A stretch of DNA of 32,000 nucleotides from Synechocystis sp. PCC 6803 substr. PCC-P (GCF_000284455.1 NC_017039.1:1050001-1082000), one strand, 5' to 3'. Counted from the first letter of the stretch, positions 18,901 through 27,667 are shown. A program made the numbers and translations. Notes: generated from the letters alone by a model not told the origin.

Positions 18901-19265
18901 TATCTGCACTGTACTGGGGCAAATTGAGCCCGTTCAATAATTTCTCGGATATTATCTACCCCTGTATTACTGGCCGCATCAATTTCAATTACGTCTAAAG
19001 CTGAACCGTTAGTAATAGCCCGACAGGTGGCACATTGGCCGCAGGGAGTGGCAGTAGGCCGATCGCCAGCGATGCAGTTTAAGGATTTGGCTAAAATTCG
19101 GGCTGAAGAAGTTTTTCCCGTTCCCCTGGGGCCCGTAAATAGGTAAGCAGGTACGATGCGCTCCTGTTCAATGGCATTGCTCAATGTGGCGGCGATCGCC
19201 GTTTGGCCCACCAAATCTGCAAAGGTCTGGGGGCGATATTTATGGTGCAGAGGTTCGTAGGCCAT
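15915..19265 (-). CDS. dnaX: DNA polymerase III subunit tau/gamma, interrupted by an in-frame intein
   Basis: The N-terminus YRPQTFADLVGQ...FTGPRGTGKTS (Walker A), the CGQCATC zinc module, and KVYVIDE followed after the intein by CHMLSTAAFNALLKTLEEPP are canonical DnaX. The C-terminal part is long and Pro/Ala-rich. Confidence 0.95.
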   Translation of the reverse strand: MAYEPLHHKYRPQTFADLVGQTAIAATLSNAIEQERIVPAYLFTGPRGTGKTSSARILAKSLNCIAGDRPTATPCGQCATCRAITNGSALDVIEIDAASNTGVDNIREIIERAQFAPVQCRYKVYVIDECLTGDSQVLTRNGLMSIDNPQIKGREVLSYNETLQQWEYKKVLRWLDRGEKQTLSIKTKNSTVRCTANHLIRTEQGWTRAENITPGMKILSPASVDVDNLSQSTALTASLGGLSGAINYEAINTDKKNTTLSLSLKKQKPQDPFVNADVAKNLIFQHFCSAKEEKLKVSNPIGEDIPTKKATDFGISEQKKLHQGQNRWEQKFSVLSTEPCLGMEVLTIPTHIADSPACDGPTAPSSQNGWNIKRQDWDVCHPKYDSQPIKAMGKVPSAVKPVVPQTLLMFSAQSNLEVKENKFLRNGSRISLKKEWLGGTWTTVPSLFPNLGVHQFSYTQRAFSRKKINLLLNGLPIEDIPPVQNPIAEALTAKPITTQKWEQWPPASGYRTWKSIPSPQWHTNFEEVESVTKGQVEKVYDLEVEDNHNFVANGLLVHNCHMLSTAAFNALLKTLEEPPERVVFVLATTDPQRVLPTIISRCQRFDYRRIPLQAMVDHLRYIAGRENINIDQPALTLVAQIANGGLRDAESLLDQLSLLPDLITPDKVWDLVGAVPEQDLLALLEAIASDDAETLLATCRQILNRGREPLVVLQNLASFYLNLLIAQTAPQRSDLVAVTAETWQALCDTAPQWQRGVILQGQQKLKESEIQIRNTTQPRLWLEVTLLGLLPSACGLDTGAVSQTAVRTPVAQPITPPKPSNVVTFPGGSHNHLTVVDSPTMIPVSEPIVLEEKLEADVEPSSFEPSNAHWDLTQLWSETLNNLGALSQSLFKSFGSLINLVGNNATVSVTTQQLLKIAAGKKDELEAALGQACGQSVKVNLVVGKPSTPETTPVNSAPPPSHSKPPAFAPEPSPPPTAAVNANPAPTVPPSPPAIARGPATSEIKPSPRRESNNFSNPSRPKPKPAPAMEEPPPTDIGDSATRKAIEQFAKNFDGEIVASDAAPKQESDNGDDLSTEPTAELGQQPMDHNGHLQINQPTVLNRPAIAPEEEEDLPF
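17589..18878 (-). mobile_element. intein (430 codons) in the DnaX Walker B/sensor region
   Basis: The TGC Cys1 codon is at 18876-18878 (CLTGDSQVL, block A) and TANHLIRT is block B. The intein ends ...VYDLEVEDNHNFVANGLLVHN (AAC at 17589-17591). The +1 Cys follows at 17586-17588 (CHMLS). Removing it restores VYVIDE-CHMLS. The length, 1290 nt, is divisible by 3. Confidence 0.92.
17680..18651 (-). CDS. double-motif LAGLIDADG homing-endonuclease-like ORF nested in the intein, out of frame with dnaX
   Basis: 323 codons with an ATG start, offset 614 nt from the dnaX start (not a multiple of 3). LGLIYGTLLGDGS is at 18232-18270 and MAWWYMDDGSL at 17929-17961, about 100 aa apart. The N-terminus has two CxCGCG...H modules. 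Confidence 0.6.
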   Translation of the reverse strand: MDESGKHHSRNEDTIPCECGCGQFIAKYGTDRKLRRFVRGHQLRGNQYGQKKYDLISILEEAEATRPFCQCGCGEKLDIPAFLQCKGREIKSIQSHWRRHPYKKSHGLWDLRTEKITSGSEPLGAEILGLIYGTLLGDGSIDYPNPHSRFPRLRWTHGTKQSEWMEYKAARLGCLSPKIRFTANKGYGESSICCQTRCSPNLIDVFSTVKPGGKRKQVSSEWLSHITEEGMAWWYMDDGSLSISESGSPSIQLHTEGFFPEENQLIAEWLTDRGYPTSAKSYRRSINSKTYYYTKMGAVATRKWLSDLEIYSIPAMAYKFRGS

Positions 19266-19432
19266 GGCAAGGTAACCGGGCGATCAACAGACAGGGGGAT
19301 TCTCAGCCTAACTCCAAAATGCAAAAAAAAGAGGTCAAGTTAACAGCCGGTGACGGGGGTGCTAAAGGCAAAGGGTAAGACGCTTAGAATGAAAGGGTCA
19401 GTGTTGATTTGTAAGACTAGAGGGCAATTCCG

Positions 19433-19864
19433 ATGACAGGCCCCGTTATTTTTCACCTCGCTATCCCCGTTAATGATATTGCGAAAACTAAGGAATTTTA
19501 CTGTGATCGCCTGGGGGCCAAGGCCGGCAGAGAAACCGATAAGGCAATAATTCTAGATTTCTACGGCCATCAGGTGGTGGCCCACATTACCCTGGAACCT
19601 TTAGTAAAACAACCGGGCATCTATCCCCGCCATTTTGGTTTAGTATTTCCTGTCGAAGCGGATTGGTTTGCTTTTTCTGAACAGGTGGAAGCGGCCGGAG
19701 TGCCCTATCATTTGCCGCCCAAGTTACGCTTTGCTGGAGAATTGACGGAACATCGCACTTTTTTCCTAGCTGACCCCTTCCATAACTATCTGGAATTCAA
19801 ATGGTATCGTCACCAGGAAGCAATTTTTGATCTGAAAGAGTTTCTGGCCATTGGCGATCGCTAG
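19433..19864 (+). CDS. VOC (glyoxalase/bleomycin-resistance/dioxygenase) family protein
   Basis: 143 aa. FHLAIPVNDIAKTKEFYCDRLG is a typical VOC beta-alpha-beta-beta-beta N-terminal module. Confidence 0.75.
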   Translation: MTGPVIFHLAIPVNDIAKTKEFYCDRLGAKAGRETDKAIILDFYGHQVVAHITLEPLVKQPGIYPRHFGLVFPVEADWFAFSEQVEAAGVPYHLPPKLRFAGELTEHRTFFLADPFHNYLEFKWYRHQEAIFDLKEFLAIGDR

Positions 19865-19920
19865 TCAGACCAATCATCAGGCTAGCAATGTGGTTTGCTT
19901 GCACAACTGACCTAAAACCA

Positions 19921-21957
19921 TCAATTCTGGCGTGATCCGGGCCCTTCCGGTCTTGGTTGACCATCAATGTAGGTAGCTAAATCCCAGGCCTCTTGATCCG
20001 TCAACACTCCATCAAATTGATAGGGCATATTACCGTGGATAAATTCTGCCAAAGTATTAATCCTCGCCATCCCCGCTTGGCGATTGAAGGAATTGGGGCC
20101 CCATAGGGCTGGGCGATAATAGGTGTCACTGCCATAGCGACCCTGGCCCAACGCACCGTGGCAAAAAGCACATTTCTGCTCAAAAATTGCCTGGCCTTGA
20201 TTTGGATTCCCCGTCAGTTTGGCAATGGGGGGATAGGGGGTTTTGGGCAAATCGATGTTCAATACCTCTGCCTGTTCATCCAGCCACTGCATATAGCTGA
20301 TAAAAGCTTGGAAATCGGGACTATCGGCGGTAATGGTCAGAGGTTTGCCGTTGAGGCTATGTTCAAAACAAAGATTGATCCGTTTCTGTAAATTGATGGT
20401 TTCTGGATATTGATATTTTTTCATCATGCCAAACCAGGAAGATGCTTTCGGATTAGCCCCGGCATTGAGGTGACAACTAGCGCAATGAAGCTTGGCAGTG
20501 AGCACAAATTCTGGCATTTCCTCATAGGTTTCGGTCGTTAATTGATAGCCCCGCAGAATACTATTCCAATGCTGATTATCCCAAGCCGTTACCGGTTCAT
20601 CGGGGGGAGAAACAACTTGAGGATCAATTTGGGTCGGGAGGGCATCGGCAAAGGTAAAACTAAAATCCGCCGAAGCAAATTTTTTGACATTACTACTCCG
20701 GGCCATGGCGTGGCATCCCATACAGGAAGATGTCCCCTGGATATAGGTTTCCATGGTGGTATTGGCTAACAGGGCTGGTAGAACGTGAAAAACGGTGTCG
20801 GGGCTTTTATCCGCCGCTGATTTGGGGATAGCCCATTGAGCATTGATTAATTCATAATTGGCCCAAACGGAATCTTTTAACCCTGCTTGTACAAGGCGGT
20901 TAAGCTCGGCAACGTTATCCACTGCTTTGGTGGGTTGACTGCAATCCGGGTCTTGGTGGGGAATAGGAGTTCGGCGAGTGACTTGGTTGGGAACACCAAG
21001 AATGGTTTGTTTGTTGGTCAAGCAATTAACGCACCGATCGCCGTGGAAGGAGAAAACGGTATTGGCAGAACCACTGTGGTTTAAACCGGGGACATTATCC
21101 ACCTGTTCATAGGTGGACCAAATCCACTGGGGCGCACTGGGAGTTTTATACATAATGTGAAATCCCACCAAACCCATCTGTTGCAGTTGATATTTCCCTG
21201 TGGTTAAATCCTGCACATAGGCCGGTACATTGTGAAAACGGCCGGATTCCTCCGGGGTAATTTCCCGCCAAGCGGCCTTAATTAAAATGGAGCCATCAGG
21301 GGCATTAATTTCGGGTAAAAGAGCCTGTTGTTCTGGGTTGTAAAGTTTATTTTTCACCACATAATCAAACAACACCTTATTCATGCGAATTTCATAGCGC
21401 ACCACATTGCCCCACTGATCGGTCAAAGTTCCGGGCAATGCCCCATCAGCTTTGGTGGGTTGAAATTCATCATTGAGTACTTCATCCACCTTGCTTTGAC
21501 GAAATAAAATTTTCGTTCTTCCATCTCCTTTCAAACCATTGGGTAAAGGTTCATTACTATTCCATGGCTGCGGCACTGCGCCATTGGGCAAATAAACTTC
21601 GCTGGTTTCTTTCCAGGTTTCCCACACCCTTGGGCCGGGAGCATTGATGGCTAAATTTTTATCCGGCACTCCCCGATCGCCGTCGCCAACTATAGCGGGC
21701 CAGTTTAGGGCAATGAATTCTTGCCAAGCAAAGGTATCCACCGCCCGTTGGACAACATTGAAATTCTTTTGCTTGAGTTCCCCTTCCACGTCTGCCGGTA
21801 ACTGCCAACTGATGGCAAGGGGAGATAATTTGGCATTACAAACCCCAGGCAAAGTAATAGTAGCAACGGTTTTAGAGCTTACTGGAGTTACCAGGGAAAA
21901 AAACAGCACAAAAATAATCACAACTAGGGCATAGGCCGTAATTCTTCCTATTTTCAT
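19921..21957 (-). CDS. secreted c-type cytochrome: unknown ~450-aa N-terminal domain plus a TsdA-like dihaem C-terminal domain
   Basis: It has a Sec-type signal peptide (MKIGRITAYALVVIIFVLFFSLVTPVSS) and three CxxCH motifs (CMGCH, CASCH, CAFCH). CASCHLNAGANP...INLCFEHSLNGKPL and CAFCHGALGQG...PALWGPNSFNRQAGMAR...FIHGNMP resemble thiosulfate-dehydrogenase-type dihaem cytochromes. An SD-like AGGGGGA lies upstream of the ATG. Confidence 0.8.
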   Translation of the reverse strand: MKIGRITAYALVVIIFVLFFSLVTPVSSKTVATITLPGVCNAKLSPLAISWQLPADVEGELKQKNFNVVQRAVDTFAWQEFIALNWPAIVGDGDRGVPDKNLAINAPGPRVWETWKETSEVYLPNGAVPQPWNSNEPLPNGLKGDGRTKILFRQSKVDEVLNDEFQPTKADGALPGTLTDQWGNVVRYEIRMNKVLFDYVVKNKLYNPEQQALLPEINAPDGSILIKAAWREITPEESGRFHNVPAYVQDLTTGKYQLQQMGLVGFHIMYKTPSAPQWIWSTYEQVDNVPGLNHSGSANTVFSFHGDRCVNCLTNKQTILGVPNQVTRRTPIPHQDPDCSQPTKAVDNVAELNRLVQAGLKDSVWANYELINAQWAIPKSAADKSPDTVFHVLPALLANTTMETYIQGTSSCMGCHAMARSSNVKKFASADFSFTFADALPTQIDPQVVSPPDEPVTAWDNQHWNSILRGYQLTTETYEEMPEFVLTAKLHCASCHLNAGANPKASSWFGMMKKYQYPETINLQKRINLCFEHSLNGKPLTITADSPDFQAFISYMQWLDEQAEVLNIDLPKTPYPPIAKLTGNPNQGQAIFEQKCAFCHGALGQGRYGSDTYYRPALWGPNSFNRQAGMARINTLAEFIHGNMPYQFDGVLTDQEAWDLATYIDGQPRPEGPGSRQN

Positions 21958-21988
21958 GCCATTATTCCCCCTTGGTAGTTATCAATAA

Positions 21989-23173
21989 TTATGGTTGGGT
22001 TGGTAGAGAAAAAATCGTGTCTTGCACTGGTAACTTTTTAGTTAATTCCGGCGAAATTTGGAAAGTATTCCCCAACACCGAGCTAGGATTGCTAGCTAAC
22101 CAAGTACTCAGATCAATACTTTGATAATCCCCATCATTGAAAACCACCACAATATCCAACGGCTTTTGGGAACTGTTGCGGATGGCATGGCCATAACCCT
22201 TGGGCACATAGCCCACATCTCCCTGCTGGAGACGACTAACGCTGGCTTTACCTTCGGAAGCAAAAACGGTTAAATCCATCTCCCCATCGAGCACATATTG
22301 CCACTCGTCCGCGTTGGGATGCCAATGGAGTTGACGCATGGCTCCCGGTTCTAAATGAATTAAAGCGCCGGTCATATTAAAACTGCCGGGAAATTCCTTG
22401 GCGCTGGCTAGCCTCAATTCGTTGCCACCCAGGGAAACTAGGGGTTGTTGCCCCAGGAGATTATGGGTGTGGGGAACTTCAATTTTGGCCGTTTGCCCCT
22501 GGGGAGTTGCGCTAGCCAAGGGGCCAGAAGCCGGGCCGTAGGAGGAAATGTAAACCTGTTTTTTGGGTAATTGGGCTACCTGGGCCGCCGTCCAACCTAA
22601 ATTTTCTTCCACCCAGGCGATCGGAGTGTGGGAAAGCCAATCAGTAACGCTAAAGGTTGCCCCTTCAGAAAAGGTGCCGTCGTTGAATACCAGCAAAAAT
22701 TTGGCAGTGTCGGGACCAATGCCCTCAATGCTGTGGCCCCAACCCCGGGGAAAATACCAAAGCCCTCCTTTGTCCACATCGGCAATTTCCACTTTGCCTT
22801 CGGGACTGGTGAGGGTAATCCGGGTTCTGCCTTCCATGACATAGGCCCATTCCGCCGCGTTGGCATGCCAATGTAATTCCCGAATCGCTCCGGGCTCCAA
22901 GCTCATATAAACCCCCGCCATCCCCTTGCTGACGGGAAAGTTATAGGTACCCACCTGTTTAGTGGTGCCGCCGTCGTAAAGCACTAGGGGAGTTTTGCTA
23001 AAGGCATAGGTAAAAGCTGGTAAATCCTTACCCCAAACCACGTTGGAGAGCGATCGCCATTGTTCACTTTGGGCAATGGTTGGAGTAAAAATCCCTAAAA
23101 AAGTTATCAGTAAAACACTCAATCCTACTAGTAAAAACCGCCGTCTCAACCATCCTATTACCGAGTTGACCAT
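21989..23173 (-). CDS. mncA: periplasmic bicupin (oxalate decarboxylase/oxidase-like), MncA-type Mn-cupin with a twin-arginine signal
   Basis: 394 aa. It has the Tat motif WLRRRFLLVGLSVLL and two cupin motifs (ELHWHANAAEWAYVMEG and QLHWHPNADEWQYVLDG). I recognise it as the MncA-type protein of Synechocystis, from recall. Confidence 0.8.
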   Translation of the reverse strand: MVNSVIGWLRRRFLLVGLSVLLITFLGIFTPTIAQSEQWRSLSNVVWGKDLPAFTYAFSKTPLVLYDGGTTKQVGTYNFPVSKGMAGVYMSLEPGAIRELHWHANAAEWAYVMEGRTRITLTSPEGKVEIADVDKGGLWYFPRGWGHSIEGIGPDTAKFLLVFNDGTFSEGATFSVTDWLSHTPIAWVEENLGWTAAQVAQLPKKQVYISSYGPASGPLASATPQGQTAKIEVPHTHNLLGQQPLVSLGGNELRLASAKEFPGSFNMTGALIHLEPGAMRQLHWHPNADEWQYVLDGEMDLTVFASEGKASVSRLQQGDVGYVPKGYGHAIRNSSQKPLDIVVVFNDGDYQSIDLSTWLASNPSSVLGNTFQISPELTKKLPVQDTIFSLPTQP

Positions 23174-23334
23174 GGTGATACTGGAATAATCACAATCCAG
23201 TGATAAAAGGTGACGAAAGTTGTCTTTATCTGGACGGTAAACGAAGATTGAAGGGCCAGTAACAGTGTCTTAACAAAATGTAACTGATGCTCAGGACTGG
23301 GTTTTTACAGTGCAATAGAGGCAGGTTAAGGTAA

Positions 23335-25884
23335 CTATTTATTAGGAGAAATTAACAAACATTGACCATCGGGACAGAGGTCTTCTAATTCAATTACCAC
23401 GGGTTTGATAGCCCAGATGTCTTCGGCGTATTCCCGAATAGTGCGATCCGAGGAAAACTTACCCATGCGAGCCACATTTAAGATGGCCATGCGAGCCCAG
23501 TTTTCCTGATCTTTATAGGCTTCTCCCACTTGGTTTTGACAATCCACATAGGCTTGGAAATCGGCAAATACAAGGTATGGGTCTTGACCCAACAAGGAAT
23601 CCATTAAGGGGCGAAATAATGCTGTGTCACCATGGGAGAAAAAGCCAGAATTAATCAGATCTACCACAGCTTTTAAGTTGGCATTATTGTTGTAATATTC
23701 CCAAGGTTGATAGCCTTCCGCCAAGGTTTTTTCCACTTCTGGAGTGGTGAGGCCAAAGAGGAAAAAGTTTTCTGCCCCCACCTCTTCTCGAATTTCAATA
23801 TTTGCCCCGTCCAATGTGCCAATGGTTAAAGCTCCATTCATGGAAAATTTCATATTGCCGGTGCCGGAAGCTTCTTTGCCAGCGGTGGAAATTTGCTCGG
23901 AAAGATCAGCGGCGGGATAGACCCTTTGGCCAAATTTAACGTTATAGTCCGGCAAAAAGATAACTTTCAGGCGATCGCCAATGGTGGGGTCATTATTAAC
24001 TACATCTGCCACGGAGTTGATCAGCTTGATGATTAATTTAGCGGTAAAATAACCGGGGGCTGCTTTACCACCATAGATAAAAGTACGGGGTGTAACATCC
24101 AGATTAGGATTATTTTTAATCTGCAAATAAAGATGGATAACGTGGAGAATATTCAAATGTTGCCGTTTATATTCATGGATTCGTTTTACCTGCACATCAA
24201 ACAGGGAATCGGGATTAACCACTAAGTCAGTTCTGGTGTGGATATAGCGAGCTAAATCCTGCTTAACTTCCCGCTTAACTTTGCACCAATCCTGTCGGAA
24301 TCCAGCCAAATCAGCAAAGGGTTCCAGTTGTTTTAGCTCGTCTAAATTTTTAATCCAGCCATCACCAATGCGGGAAGAAATTAAGTTACTCAGGCGGGGA
24401 TTACTGAGCACCATCCAGCGCCGGGGGGTAACGCCGTTGGTTTTATTGCTAAATTTTTCTGGCCAAAGTTCGTAAAAGTCTTTAAGAATAGTCTCCTTCA
24501 CCAGTTGACTATGCAACGCCGCCACCCCATTAATGGCATGGGAACCCACCGTGGCCAGATAGGCCATCCGCACCGACTTTTCTCCTGCTTCGTCAATGAT
24601 GGATAACCGGGCCAGGCGATCGCCATCGTTGGGATATTTCATCCGTACTTGATCTAGGAAACGTTGGTTGATTTCGTAAATAATTTCCAAATGGCGGGGT
24701 AACATTTCGCCAAACAGGGGCAAAGACCATTTTTCCAATGCCTCCGGTAGCAAAGTGTGATTAGTAAAACCAAAGGTGGCTTCGGTAATGGCCCAAGCCC
24801 GTTGCCATTCATAGTGATGCTCATCCACCAACAGACGCATCAGTTCAGCCACCGCAATGGAAGGATGGGTGTCATTCATCTGCACCGCAAAATGTTCGTG
24901 GAAATTCTCCAGGGTGGGATTGTCCGACAGGTGAATGCGAATCATGTCCTGCAAAGAACAGGAAACAAAAAAGTATTGTTGCGCCAGCCGTAACTCTTTC
25001 CCCTGAATCTGTTCATCGTTGGGATAGAGCACTTTAGTGAGATTTTCCGAGGACATTTTGTCCTGCACTGCCCCGTAATAATCCCCCACATTAAACCGTT
25101 GAAAATCAAAGGATTCCGCCGCTTCCGATTTCCACAGGCGCAAATTATTGGCGGTGCTGACTTTGTAGCCCAAAATGGGAGTGTCATAGGGAATGCCTTT
25201 GACCAAACTGCCGGCAATCCAACGCACCCGATAATTACCTTGGTCATCGGTGTAGGGTTCCGTATGGCCCCCCAGTTTGACTAACACAGCGGATTCAGGA
25301 CGGGCAATTTCCCAAGGATTACCCAGTTGGAGCCATTTATCAGTGATTTCCACCTGCCAACCGTCTTTAATTTCCTGGTCAAAGATACCGAATTCGTAGC
25401 GGATGCCGTAGCCGATCGCCGGAATTTCCAACGTAGCCAGGGAATCCATAAAGCAGGCGGCCAAACGACCTAAACCACCGTTGCCCAACCCCGGTTCTTC
25501 TTCAATATCAATTAACTCATCCAAGCTCAACCCCGATTCTTCCACCGCCTGTTGCACCGGCTCCCATAGCCCTAAATTAATTAGGTTATTACCCAAATGG
25601 GGCCCCAGCAAATATTCCGCCGACAGATAGCACACCACCCGATTGTCACAGTTGAGATAGGTTTGGAATGTATTTAACCACCGTTGCAGGAGGCGATCGC
25701 GGATAGTGTAGGCCAGGGCCATATAACAATCGTTTTTAGTGGCAATGGCGGGAAATTTACCCTGGAGATAAAACAAATTGTCTGCCAAAGCCCGCTTGAG
25801 GGTTTCCACGCTCAGACCAGTGCGGTCATCCTCCACCTGAATGAGGGGATTGGTGGTGTTAAAAGCCATGGGAAGGTGCTCCAT
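23335..25884 (-). CDS. glgP: glycogen (alpha-glucan) phosphorylase
   Basis: 849 aa. It has GLGNGGLGRLAACF and the PLP-lysine region EASGTGNMKFSMNGALTIGTLDGANIEI. The start may be the second Met (MAFNTT). Confidence 0.95.
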   Translation of the reverse strand: MEHLPMAFNTTNPLIQVEDDRTGLSVETLKRALADNLFYLQGKFPAIATKNDCYMALAYTIRDRLLQRWLNTFQTYLNCDNRVVCYLSAEYLLGPHLGNNLINLGLWEPVQQAVEESGLSLDELIDIEEEPGLGNGGLGRLAACFMDSLATLEIPAIGYGIRYEFGIFDQEIKDGWQVEITDKWLQLGNPWEIARPESAVLVKLGGHTEPYTDDQGNYRVRWIAGSLVKGIPYDTPILGYKVSTANNLRLWKSEAAESFDFQRFNVGDYYGAVQDKMSSENLTKVLYPNDEQIQGKELRLAQQYFFVSCSLQDMIRIHLSDNPTLENFHEHFAVQMNDTHPSIAVAELMRLLVDEHHYEWQRAWAITEATFGFTNHTLLPEALEKWSLPLFGEMLPRHLEIIYEINQRFLDQVRMKYPNDGDRLARLSIIDEAGEKSVRMAYLATVGSHAINGVAALHSQLVKETILKDFYELWPEKFSNKTNGVTPRRWMVLSNPRLSNLISSRIGDGWIKNLDELKQLEPFADLAGFRQDWCKVKREVKQDLARYIHTRTDLVVNPDSLFDVQVKRIHEYKRQHLNILHVIHLYLQIKNNPNLDVTPRTFIYGGKAAPGYFTAKLIIKLINSVADVVNNDPTIGDRLKVIFLPDYNVKFGQRVYPAADLSEQISTAGKEASGTGNMKFSMNGALTIGTLDGANIEIREEVGAENFFLFGLTTPEVEKTLAEGYQPWEYYNNNANLKAVVDLINSGFFSHGDTALFRPLMDSLLGQDPYLVFADFQAYVDCQNQVGEAYKDQENWARMAILNVARMGKFSSDRTIREYAEDIWAIKPVVIELEDLCPDGQCLLISPNK

Positions 25885-26070
25885 TAATGCTGTGCCTTTC
25901 CCTTATAGTGTCGGACCAGAATTAAAATTTGGTTACCATTGCTAACTTTTGTATGACTTCTTAACAAAACACCGAAAAAATAACAAACCGCTAGGTTGCA
26001 GAGATACAGGTTCTATCCCAAACGGTGACCCCTTAAAATGGGGAATAAGTAGGCTAAATCCTAAGTAATT

Positions 26071-26709
26071 ATGGCGACAACAGCGGATGAAGTGTGGCAA
26101 CTCCTGGGAGAGCTAGTCCAAGTCCAGAAGGAACAAAGAGAAGAATCGGCACGAATGCGTCAAGAGGCTGATCGCCGTTCTCAGCAAATGGATCGCCGGT
26201 TTTAAAAACAACGGGAGGAGTCAGAGCGAAGATTTCGAGAAACAGAGCGTTTGCTGAAAGAACAAAGCCAACGGGTAGATGAACAAATAGGAAAATTGGG
26301 CAACCGGCTCGGGGAATTTGTGGAATCCCAGGTGCGGCCGGCGGCGGTGCGATTATTTCGAGAATGGGGCATTGATGTCCAAGAAATTTCCTCTGATGTA
26401 TCTCTTCAGACCAGTCAAGATGGCATTGAAATTGATATTTTGGTGGTGAATGGCACAGAGGCGATCGCCATTGAGGTGAAAAGTAAATTAAGCCAGGATG
26501 ATGTGGATGAACACCTGGAAAGATTGGGTAAATTTAAGCGACTTTTGCCCCGTTATCAAAATTTTAATCTTCTTGGGGCAGTGGCAGCCATGGTTATTCC
26601 GGGTGATGTGGCTCGCTATGCCTATAAAAAAGGGTTATTTGTAATTGCCCAATCGGGGGAAGATTTGGTCATTCTTAATGATGAGAAATTTAAACCCAAG
26701 GCCTGGTAA
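26071..26709 (+). pseudogene. PD-(D/E)xK nuclease-fold protein (DUF3782-like) interrupted by an in-frame TAA at 26203-26205
   Basis: The ATG at 26071 opens MATTADEVWQLLGELVQVQKEQREESARMRQEADRRSQQMDRRF, then a stop. The same frame continues KQREESERRFRETERLLKEQSQ... into the track ORF (26251-26709; 26251-26071=180). That downstream part has no ATG near its start. A D...ExK motif is present (EIDILVVNGTEAIAIEVKS). Confidence 0.65.
26461..26468. repeat. HIP1 octamer GCGATCGC (example copy)
   Basis: Read directly at the start of line 26461. Confidence 0.95.
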
Positions 26710-26728
26710 AACACCCAAATTTTCATCG

Positions 26729-27298
26729 TTAGCGTTGTCGGGTCATGGCCATTACGTCATTAACAGTCAAAGTCAAAAGATTGTCTAACGTGGGTGGATT
26801 TTCCAGTCCCTGATAAATTAAAGGTAACGATTCCTGATTCCAAACCCAGATTTGTTGACGATAAATATCAATGAGCCAAGCGAGTTTTGTCCCATTAGTC
26901 AAACAATGCAGAATTTTGGTTTGCAGGCTAAGAATATTTTGATCGGGGGACAGAATTTCGATTAACCAGTCCGGCGCTCCCTTCAATGGCCCGTCTTCCT
27001 CCGCCAGGAGATTGCTTTTTACAACGGCAATGTCAGGTACGGGGGAAAATGGGGGCACAATACAGCGCAATTCCTGAATGGCCTCATAATCCCTGGTTTG
27101 TGCATTAATGACGTTGACCAGATTACGCTGTAGGCGGGAATGAAACAACGTCGGCATGGGTTTCTGCTGGGCCTGCCCCCGGATAAATTCCCAGGCTGGG
27201 GAAGCCTCAATTTCTGCGCGTTGTAGAAACAGATCGAGATTGTCAGTGAGCAGAGGTGACTGCATTATCTGCACAGCCCAAGGGAATAGGTACTCCAA
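26729..27298 (-). CDS. Uma2-family (DUF820) putative restriction-endonuclease-like protein
   Basis: 189 aa in the track, from a TTG start. The likelier start is the ATG giving MQSPLL (27265). EFIRGQ...PMPTLFHSRLQ..., PDIAVV and PDWLIEILSPD match the Uma2 pattern that is common in cyanobacteria. Confidence 0.75.
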   Translation of the reverse strand: MEYLFPWAVQIMQSPLLTDNLDLFLQRAEIEASPAWEFIRGQAQQKPMPTLFHSRLQRNLVNVINAQTRDYEAIQELRCIVPPFSPVPDIAVVKSNLLAEEDGPLKGAPDWLIEILSPDQNILSLQTKILHCLTNGTKLAWLIDIYRQQIWVWNQESLPLIYQGLENPPTLDNLLTLTVNDVMAMTRQR

Positions 27299-27421
27299 AT
27301 AAACTTAGTATAATCTCCCCCCAAAAGAATGCCTAGACAGACTTTTTCTGCTTAGCAATAAATTCAGCGAGTTTGGCTTGATTGCGTTTTTTCTTCCACC
27401 AAAGTCCTCGGTCAGTTCATC

Positions 27422-27667
27422 CTATCCTAGTCTTCCTTCTAAAATGCCAACAACGGATAAGTCTTCGTCTAAGCTTGCCCAATGGAGTCCCGTTCCGCCA
27501 CAAATCAATTTAACCTCCGCTAACTGTTCCGAGCTTGCTTTTGCTAATCGTTTATTTTTGTGAGCAGGAAAACGAATCTCCCGTTCATCCTGTAGGCGAA
27601 CACAAATCCATCGATCTTCAACCCATACCCTCTCGGCTTGAATAGTTTGTTCAGATGCCAAAAACAT
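27422..27667 (-). CDS. DUF2442-domain protein
   Basis: 81 aa. ...RLAKASSEQLAEVKLICGGTGLHWASLDEDLSVVGILEG is the typical DUF2442 C-terminal pattern. It overlaps the 3' end of the upstream DUF4160-like reading frame. Confidence 0.7.
   Translation of the reverse strand: MFLASEQTIQAERVWVEDRWICVRLQDEREIRFPAHKNKRLAKASSEQLAEVKLICGGTGLHWASLDEDLSVVGILEGRLG

Noticed and set aside
18334-18940. Three plus-strand ORFs (63, 88 and 73 aa) inside the intein region
   Set aside because: They are antisense to both the dnaX frame and the LAGLIDADG frame, short, and without motifs. They probably arise by chance in AT-rich DNA.
27301-27421. Short reading frames downstream of the DUF2442 gene (for example ...WWKKKRNQAKLAEFIAKQKKSV*)
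   Set aside because: There is no start codon, the frame is bounded by an upstream TGA, and it is only about 24 codons long. It could be a gene remnant, but that cannot be supported.
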